Origin: a virus
Taxonomy: Duplodnaviria > Caudoviricetes
Length of the DNA: 63,903 nucleotides
Virus record (IMG/VR): IMGVR_UViG_3300042898_001199
Location: 1 to 63,903 of that record
Direction: 5' to 3' (one strand)
Part shown: one piece after another, positions 57,788-63,903 of the stretch
How the letters are laid out: each line of letters opens with the position of its first letter
Numbering within the stretch: the first letter of the stretch is position 1
Program-made: the position numbers and the translations under genes
The notes under the pieces: generated by a model
Databases searched by the model: none
Told to the model about the DNA's origin: nothing
The model's input: only the letters and a program-made list of their open reading frames with translations

Positions 57788-58406
57788 GAACATTGAATTG
57801 TTCAAGTGTTATGTAAAAGCATCTCACTTCACAAAAAGAGAGAAGGATTCAAATACTTACCACAAGACTTATGCATTTGCGGTACAATCTTGCGCTGGTA
57901 AAATACTTACCTTTCACGTTATGACAGATTACGGTATGATGAGATCAAGAGTGCCTATCTCTGAAATATACATGCACGAACCAACTAATGACGTTCCATT
58001 TCATTTTAAACAGCTGTGGGATTGTTTCTCAGAAAATGTCTCTGTCATAACTTACGACTATTTGTACGAGAAGAGATGTCAAGTAGTTCTGAGAGATAGC
58101 ACATTAATTTGGGCAACTTATCTTATGACAGTTGATTGGTATAGAAATCCATATAGCGATGAGCCTAGCGATTACAAAGCAGGACATATACTTATTGCCG
58201 ATGATGGTTATTTACTTTGTCAGCCTAATAATAGAATATACTGGAAAGATTCTAACTGGATCACAAAAGAATTCCCAATGGAGCCATCAACATTTAAAGT
58301 TGATACAGACTTACACTGCGTAGAGACTCTTTCTGATAAATGGGTTTCTGAAGACTCAGATTGTTATTACTATAATATAAAAGAAAATGCACACAAAAAA
58401 AATTAA
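57771..58406 (+). CDS. conserved phage hypothetical protein
   Basis: 211-aa ORF; QLWDCFS, YLMTVDW, QPNNR motifs. Confidence 0.75.
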   Translation: MAKLNENIELFKCYVKASHFTKREKDSNTYHKTYAFAVQSCAGKILTFHVMTDYGMMRSRVPISEIYMHEPTNDVPFHFKQLWDCFSENVSVITYDYLYEKRCQVVLRDSTLIWATYLMTVDWYRNPYSDEPSDYKAGHILIADDGYLLCQPNNRIYWKDSNWITKEFPMEPSTFKVDTDLHCVETLSDKWVSEDSDCYYYNIKENAHKKN

Positions 58407-58590
58407 AGTAGCTTACTTCCACGATAAAGAAGAAAGTAAATTACTAGAAGTCTCTGAATGGGCTAGTGGAGCCGGTGTAGACATAGCTATTACAAATGAA
58501 AAAGGGAGACAGTTAATCCCCCTGTCATATCGTGACGCTAAAAATTTGCGAAGACTTATTCGTTATATACTTAGGCCAATTGTTGATTAG
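58387..58590 (+). CDS. hypothetical protein
   Basis: VSEWASGAGVDI motif; last plus-strand ORF of the block. Confidence 0.65.
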   Translation: MHTKKIKVAYFHDKEESKLLEVSEWASGAGVDIAITNEKGRQLIPLSYRDAKNLRRLIRYILRPIVD

Positions 58591-58856
58591 CAATTCCACT
58601 TCTTTAGTGATAATGCTTTTCTTGTTGGCCGACCTTTCTCGTCCTTCATTGGACCAGGCATGCCGGACATTCTTGCACAGAATGATTTGCGCCTCTTATC
58701 GTCTTTGCTACCCTTTTTTATCTCAGAAGGTTTCTTAGTTACAGCAGTTTGCAACTTAGATCCTGGGTTTGCTTTTCTATACGAGGCAACACCTTTCTTG
58801 TTGAGTCCTCCTGTAGCACTCTTACCTTCCTTTCGAGTCCATGCAGCAGTTGCCAT
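58587..58856 (-). CDS. basic DUF6321-like protein
   Basis: GGLNKKG..RRKSFCARM..LKKWNC. Confidence 0.75.
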   Translation of the reverse strand: MATAAWTRKEGKSATGGLNKKGVASYRKANPGSKLQTAVTKKPSEIKKGSKDDKRRKSFCARMSGMPGPMKDEKGRPTRKALSLKKWNC

Positions 58857-59002
58857 TACTTTTTCTTTTTAATTTTACTCTCCTGTTTTAACATGGCGGC
58901 AGTAGGTTTTTTCCCAGACCCCTTGTTGGCGCGAATGTTATCCCAAAGTCCTCTTTGAGATACACTTCCATCCTTTCGTTTTAACATTTGTTTTTTAATC
59001 AT
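58856..59002 (-). CDS. 48-aa basic protein (not in ORF track)
   Basis: ..GLWDNIRANKGSGKKP..; coupled to neighbours. Confidence 0.65.
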   Translation of the reverse strand: MIKKQMLKRKDGSVSQRGLWDNIRANKGSGKKPTAAMLKQESKIKKKK

Positions 59003-59484
59003 CACTTCTTTCTTCTGCTTATAGACTCGTCCGCCTTAAACATTTGTCTAGCATATCTTGCATTAGAAGTTCCTCCGATAGAAGTTTTACTGGTAGCTCC
59101 AGAAACTTTATAAACAGGTTTGTCCGATCCAGATTTTGTTCTAAGCAATTGAGAGTTGTTGCTATTATTTGTTCTCTTAACAAAATTCTCTTTTACTCCA
59201 CCTGTGTTTTTAACTCCTACAGAGATAGATCTAGAAGGGCTAATAACAGCAGCGGTTTTAATCTTAGTTTTTTTTCCATCAGGATTAGTAAAAGAAGTTC
59301 TTCCAAAAGAGATAGATTTATCTCCAACTAATCTAGAACGCTCAATAGTTTTTCTATTGCCAGAATCACCGTAAGTTTTGGTTACATTTTTAACCAGCTT
59401 ACCGTTTCTTACAACATTTTTTACTCTTGAAACATTACCCTCTGAAGATACAGAGTAATTAATAGTTTTTTCTCTTCCTTTCAT
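59002..59484 (-). CDS. K/R/S/T-rich basic protein
   Basis: 160-aa ORF. Confidence 0.65.
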   Translation of the reverse strand: MKGREKTINYSVSSEGNVSRVKNVVRNGKLVKNVTKTYGDSGNRKTIERSRLVGDKSISFGRTSFTNPDGKKTKIKTAAVISPSRSISVGVKNTGGVKENFVKRTNNSNNSQLLRTKSGSDKPVYKVSGATSKTSIGGTSNARYARQMFKADESISRRKK

Positions 59485-59618
59485 TACCCTTGTCCTTTAG
59501 ACAGTTTAATATAATTACGAGAACACTTAGAGCAAGAAGACTTGGTTTTCGCATGAACGCCAGGTCTCCTTACTTTAGGTTTCTTTTTAAAAGTGGACGC
59601 TGTTTGTAGCTTTGCCAT
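59484..59618 (-). CDS. 44-aa basic protein (not in ORF track)
   Basis: MAK..RRPGVHAKTKSS..KGQG. Confidence 0.65.
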   Translation of the reverse strand: MAKLQTASTFKKKPKVRRPGVHAKTKSSCSKCSRNYIKLSKGQG

Positions 59619-59629
59619 CTTTTTATTTA

Positions 59630-60610
59630 TTATCGCTTACCAACACGTTTGTGTCGAGCAAAAACTTTAGTTTTAACATCTTCTGCTGTTCCTGTGTACC
59701 CTAATCTCGAATTAGTTACAACACCTCTTGTATCTCCAGAAGCCGCAAATCCTTTTTTAGTGCTAGTACCTACACGGTCAACTTGTTTACTTCTTCTTCC
59801 ATATTTTTTAGCGTTTTTACCAAATAAAAATGGAATGCCAGTATTATCCTGAACTGTTCGTGTTTTAGTAATAATTTTATCTCCGATTTGCTTAGATTTA
59901 GTTCCTTCACCCTGTGTTACAGCACCAAATTGAGCGGTCTTTGTTACAGCAACTCTTCTTCCAAGTAAATTTTTCCTGTAAACAGGTTGTTCTGGATTAC
60001 GTCTAGAATCACCTTTGGCTACCTCACCTCTTTTCTTTTTATCTGCAAATCTTTTTCTTCCAGCATACTCACGATCATTTTGTATAAACATCTGAGATTT
60101 TTTACCAGAAGCAGCATCAGGCTCATCAGTAGTTACTTTTGTATAAGTAGCATTACCTCTTGCTTTTGCTCCGCTAGTTGTTCTATATCCTTTTGAGTAA
60201 TTTTTTCTGATTTTATCCATGTTCTCGTCTTGAGCTTCTTGACGAGCTTCTGCAACTTGTCGCGCTACACCCTTATTATGGGCAGCCCCTTTAGAATAAT
60301 CAACTTTACCCATGGTCTTTTTTATGATTTCCGGGTAATCACTTTCGCCAAGCATTGTTTTTACTTTTTTGGTAACTGGATATCCACTTTCGTTATACAT
60401 GCCTTTAATCGGAACTTCAGTTACAACTTTTTGATCTCGAGCAAAATTAGCACGGTCAAATTGTTGTATATTACCCCTACGTTTAGCACCATATTCAGTA
60501 CCGCTTGCGTTTAATTTAGCTGGAGTTTGGTAACCCTTTTCTTTTGGTTGTTTTGGTTTTCTCTTTGGAGGAGTTCCAGTGTTTAAAGACGTGCGTCTTG
60601 TTGTTGCCAT
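59630..60610 (-). CDS. K/R-rich basic low-complexity protein
   Basis: 326 aa; TATCTTTG promoter element at 60654-60647. Confidence 0.7.
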   Translation of the reverse strand: MATTRRTSLNTGTPPKRKPKQPKEKGYQTPAKLNASGTEYGAKRRGNIQQFDRANFARDQKVVTEVPIKGMYNESGYPVTKKVKTMLGESDYPEIIKKTMGKVDYSKGAAHNKGVARQVAEARQEAQDENMDKIRKNYSKGYRTTSGAKARGNATYTKVTTDEPDAASGKKSQMFIQNDREYAGRKRFADKKKRGEVAKGDSRRNPEQPVYRKNLLGRRVAVTKTAQFGAVTQGEGTKSKQIGDKIITKTRTVQDNTGIPFLFGKNAKKYGRRSKQVDRVGTSTKKGFAASGDTRGVVTNSRLGYTGTAEDVKTKVFARHKRVGKR

Positions 60611-60679
60611 GATTTTTTTTTTAGTTTGTTTAATTAATTATAGACACAAAGATATACAAAATCTTATTATATTGCATTC

Positions 60680-60841
60680 ATGAAAACAAAAAAATATAAA
60701 TGTCCTGAGTGTGGATATTATAACGCTCACCAGCTCGGATGCTCCAAGATCGGAGAAAAGATAAAGCTATGCGATATTGTTAAAGATTACCAGAAAGCAA
60801 AAGACTCTGGAGAGGAGTACAAACTACCTTCAAACATTTAA
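60680..60841 (+). CDS. 53-aa Zn-finger-like protein (not in ORF track)
   Basis: CPECG..H..C. Confidence 0.55.
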   Translation: MKTKKYKCPECGYYNAHQLGCSKIGEKIKLCDIVKDYQKAKDSGEEYKLPSNI

Positions 60842-60861
60842 CAACATTGTTAATAACTTAT

Positions 60862-60894
60862 TTTGCATATTGTTTTTAATATTTTGTACATTTG
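60862..60894 (+). promoter_or_regulatory. Bacteroidota-type promoter
   Basis: TTTG-N21-TACATTTG. Confidence 0.75.
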
Positions 60895-60912
60895 TGAAAT
60901 ATATAACACACA

Positions 60913-61185
60913 ATGCAAAAATTAAGAGTAACTAACCAGACGGTACATGATTTTACCGCCTCTTGCCACACATTATTAACCGAGCTATTGGCACTCAACA
61001 TGGAGCTAACTAACGAAGAAATTATTGAGTCGTTCACAGGATTGACTCAAGAATTAGCCTCTCGTTCAAATGAGGCTTTTGACAAAATGAGAGAAGATCC
61101 TGAGTTTCAACAAGAGTCTGTAGCGTTTTCTAATGCAATAGAAGAAATCCCACTAGATGAAGATAGTGAAGCAGTTGGTGTATGA
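60913..61185 (+). CDS. acidic hypothetical protein
   Basis: ORF after promoter, ACACACA leader. Confidence 0.7.
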   Translation: MQKLRVTNQTVHDFTASCHTLLTELLALNMELTNEEIIESFTGLTQELASRSNEAFDKMREDPEFQQESVAFSNAIEEIPLDEDSEAVGV

Positions 61186-61403
61186 GCGTATGCTCCGCAA
61201 AACCTTTAGCGAGGATCTATCTGATGATTTAAAGCTAGAGGTCTTGACGTGGGTACTCTCTCAAATGAATAAGAAAGAAAAATAATAGCTCCGTTGGCCA
61301 GGAGATCGTAAAACACAGTAAGCCTCTGACACAAGCTCAAGTAACTGTTCTCATCGTATAGGAGATAGGGTTAGCCTTCCCGATGTCGTTTAAAAAGGCA
61401 CAT

Positions 61404-61540
61404 AGGGGAGTGGCGGAATAAAGACGCTAAGGAGGTAAGATAGATAACACATAATAGGATTACCTAAGGTATAAGCAGGAACACCTGTTATAGCCTTTCC
61501 AGTGAGTGTTGTCGTGCAGGGTTATAACCTGTCTCCCTTG
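61404..61540 (+). ncRNA. tRNA-like RNA with a large structured insert in place of the anticodon arm
   Basis: acceptor AGGGGAG/CTCCCTT, Leu/Ser-type D-arm TGGCGGAATAAAGACGC, T-arm GCAGG-GTTATAA-CCTGT with non-canonical loop. Confidence 0.6.
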
Positions 61541-61560
61541 CAAACTTAAAACTAAAGACA

Positions 61561-61947
61561 ATGAGCAAAAGATACACAATTGAACTATCAGAAGAGCAAA
61601 TGAGATTGATCTCAGATTGCATGGATGATGTGTCTCGTTTTGCTGCTGGACAATGGCAGTTAAGAAGCACCATTGAAGAAATGTTGAGAGGCTTGCCATT
61701 TGATGAGCAGATGAAAAGACGTGATGAAGCTGAGGAATTGCTAAGACAGGCTAAAAGAGTTCTTCTCCCTGACTTTGTAGACAACGAAAGTTTTGGATAC
61801 AACAGCACCGAGTTTATTGGAAACACCTATCAAATTACCAGAACAATATTGTATCAACTTGCAAAAGACAATGACTGGGATAATGTTTACTCCTCTCCTG
61901 CCTTGGCAAGTGGAACTTTAGGGACAATTAAAATTGAGCAGATATGA
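61561..61947 (+). CDS. hypothetical protein
   Basis: 128-aa ORF. Confidence 0.75.
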   Translation: MSKRYTIELSEEQMRLISDCMDDVSRFAAGQWQLRSTIEEMLRGLPFDEQMKRRDEAEELLRQAKRVLLPDFVDNESFGYNSTEFIGNTYQITRTILYQLAKDNDWDNVYSSPALASGTLGTIKIEQI

Positions 61948-62120
61948 AAGAAACACTTGAAGAAGCTGCTGAAAACCATATGAATAAAAAACTTAAAGAA
62001 ACGGCTGAAAGATTATTCCCAAAAGAAAAATACCCTACAGAGTTTGAAATATTTAGGAAGTGTTTTATTAGTAATGCTAAATGGGTAAGAGATAAAATCA
62101 ATGGAGGTAACAATGAGTAA
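61944..62120 (+). CDS. 58-aa KETLEEAAE-type protein (not in ORF track)
   Basis: ATGA-coupled ORF. Confidence 0.65.
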   Translation: MKETLEEAAENHMNKKLKETAERLFPKEKYPTEFEIFRKCFISNAKWVRDKINGGNNE

Positions 62121-62331
62121 CAAGAAGCAAACCTCGGTAGATGTCCTCTACGAAATACTATGGGATTGTCCAAGAGATAAGTGGGAGTGGAATGCATTAC
62201 TCAAGGAGGTAAGGGAAATACACAAGCAGGAGATGAAGGATTTGTATCTTGCTCATGTGACTAAAGTCCCTCGCCTGAGAGAAATCTTCGAGAAGCAATT
62301 TGAGGAATACTACACGAATACATTTGAGTAA
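62113..62331 (+). CDS. hypothetical protein (KQT[AS]V family)
   Basis: similar to 63679..63894 at both ends. Confidence 0.7.
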   Translation: MSNKKQTSVDVLYEILWDCPRDKWEWNALLKEVREIHKQEMKDLYLAHVTKVPRLREIFEKQFEEYYTNTFE

Positions 62332-62333
62332 TC

Positions 62334-62555
62334 ATGACAGCAAAGGAAAAGGCGAAGGAACTAGTCGACAAGTATTGGATCTATCTTCGAGCAGGACTGC
62401 TTTACGATGAGGAGGCAAAAGACGATGCGAAGCATTGTGCAATAATAGCCGCAAAAGAAATGCTAGAGGAGATCAAGGAGCATAAGTACGATGACAGCTC
62501 CGCTATTAGAATCATATACTGGTTTAAGGTAATTAACGAAATAGAGAAAATATGA
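62334..62555 (+). CDS. hypothetical protein
   Basis: MTAKEKAKELV..AKHCAII..YWFKVINEIEK. Confidence 0.75.
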   Translation: MTAKEKAKELVDKYWIYLRAGLLYDEEAKDDAKHCAIIAAKEMLEEIKEHKYDDSSAIRIIYWFKVINEIEKI

Positions 62556-62794
62556 GCAAGGTAACAATAGAATTTGACCGGGTAGAAGAGGCAGATGAAC
62601 TCCGTACTGCCCTCGATGGGATTAAATATAAAATGCTCCTCTGGGAACTCGACCAAAAACTCCGCAGCGTGCATAAATACGGAGCCGCCATCGAAGGATC
62701 AGGAGAAGCCACTCCAGAAGAAATGGACGTATGCTACAGGTTACGAGAGTACATCCGCCAGGAACTACAGGACAGTAATCTGACAATAGAATGA
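62552..62794 (+). CDS. hypothetical protein
   Basis: ATGA-coupled ORF. Confidence 0.75.
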   Translation: MSKVTIEFDRVEEADELRTALDGIKYKMLLWELDQKLRSVHKYGAAIEGSGEATPEEMDVCYRLREYIRQELQDSNLTIE

Positions 62795-62836
62795 TTAGCT
62801 TTTGGATATGGGCAGATTAATACGTATAAGTACGTA

Positions 62837-62868
62837 TTGCAATAATTCCAAAAATGTTAATATATTTG
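62837..62868 (+). promoter_or_regulatory. Bacteroidota-type promoter
   Basis: TTG-N21-TATATTTG. Confidence 0.7.
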
Positions 62869-62903
62869 CAAAACACACAATAACTAAATAAAAAAATTAA
62901 TTT

Positions 62904-63290
62904 ATGAAAACAAAAAGAACGGTGTTCATCTACAACACCAAAGAAACAACAGAGCAAGAAGCAAAGTACATTGTCGACATTCTGAACTGTGATGACTCAA
63001 TGCTATGGGATGAAGCAGATCACGACGGAGTAGAAGTCTTTGAAGTACCAGTTGAATCAAATGCAAATCAAGAAACATTTGAAGAATTTTTAGAAAGAGA
63101 AGGCTACGATGAAGGTAAAACCCAAGAGATATGGGAAGACGGTGCTAGAAAAGGTGCTGAATGGCAAGAGAAAAGAATGTATAGTAAGGATGAAGTCTTA
63201 AACTTACTAATAGAGATGAATTCTTGGCCTACTATCTTTGATGGTGAAGAAGATATTACAGAGTGGTTTGAACAATTAAAAACTAAATAA
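62904..63290 (+). CDS. hypothetical protein
   Basis: GAEWQEKRMYS motif. Confidence 0.75.
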   Translation: MKTKRTVFIYNTKETTEQEAKYIVDILNCDDSMLWDEADHDGVEVFEVPVESNANQETFEEFLEREGYDEGKTQEIWEDGARKGAEWQEKRMYSKDEVLNLLIEMNSWPTIFDGEEDITEWFEQLKTK

Positions 63291-63686
63291 CTATGGAAAA
63301 AGAATTTGTACCCTACGAGTTGGCTTGGGAACTTAAGCAACTTAATTTTGATGAAACTTGTTTTGGATATTATCATAACTTGGGGTCTCCCCAATTAGTA
63401 TTGTCCAAAAGGGATTTAAGAGCATATAATGGTAATAGCATTGAGTATTGTTTAGCACCATTATACCAACAAGCATTCAGATGGTTTAGAGAGAAGTATG
63501 ATTTATATGGAGAGGTAAAATTAACTTCTGTAAATCTACCCGATGAATCTGACTTTGCATGGTATGCTTATGATGCATCTGGAAATGATTGGGAAGATAA
63601 CGTATTTCAAGAGACATACGAAGAGGCTGAATTAGTTTGCCTACAAAAGCTAATAGAGATTGTTAAAACTAAATAACTATGGAAAA
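63279..63686 (+). repeat. 22-bp direct repeat at gene junctions
   Basis: AAAACTAAATAACTATGGAAAA at 63279-63300 and 63665-63686; degenerate third copy at 63877-63903. Confidence 0.8.
63293..63676 (+). CDS. hypothetical protein
   Basis: MEKEFVPYELA..APLYQQAFRWFREK..TYEEAELVCL. Confidence 0.8.
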   Translation: MEKEFVPYELAWELKQLNFDETCFGYYHNLGSPQLVLSKRDLRAYNGNSIEYCLAPLYQQAFRWFREKYDLYGEVKLTSVNLPDESDFAWYAYDASGNDWEDNVFQETYEEAELVCLQKLIEIVKTK

Positions 63687-63894
63687 GAAACAAACAGCGG
63701 TTGACTTATTAGTAAGCATACTAAACAAGGAAGGTTTTGCTCCCGTATTAACTGATGAAGAGATACAAATAGCCAGGCAAATGGAGAAGGAGCAGATACT
63801 TGATTCTTACATTGAAGGTCATAGCATATATGGTGAGTCTACAAATGCCGAACAATACTACAACGAAACTTACGGAAAAACTAAAAATTTATAA
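63679..63894 (+). CDS. hypothetical protein (KQT[AS]V family)
   Basis: MEKKQTAV..MEKEQI..AEQYYNETY. Confidence 0.75.
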   Translation: MEKKQTAVDLLVSILNKEGFAPVLTDEEIQIARQMEKEQILDSYIEGHSIYGESTNAEQYYNETYGKTKNL

Positions 63895-63903
63895 CTATGG
63901 AAA

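Noticed and set aside
1-63903. Stop-codon reassignment as in some crAss-like phages
   Set aside because: Large genes are intact under the standard code, and TAG and TGA both end genes at coupled junctions

Overview
The window looks like a complete or nearly complete ~64-kb tailed dsDNA phage genome (Caudoviricetes, podovirus-like architecture). The host is probably Bacteroidota: TAnnTTTG/TTG promoters recur and leaders are A/C-rich without Shine-Dalgarno sites. Layout: an array of diverse short inverted repeats (206-1100); an HTH gene and a PAPS-reductase-like gene; a probable terminus/control region (2200-3030); an early operon of small genes (3340-8514); RecT/YqaJ/RusA/GroES genes; a long minus-strand morphogenesis block (terminase, portal, scaffold, capsid, tail, ejection proteins including a 4137-aa polyvalent protein, lysis genes, fibre); a replication block (SSB, initiator with iterons, primase-helicase, no DNA polymerase seen); and a variable small-gene array. 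The most striking signal is an RNA-level control layer. Two canonical type I hammerhead ribozymes and a tRNA-like element in the early operon would each release an RNA starting at the shared TAACC/TAAACC leader. Three short non-coding elements ending in terminators are antisense to the two recurring translation-leader motifs (TAACCAA..ATG and ACACACA). All protein calls come from motif recognition and synteny by eye; no database searches were run.
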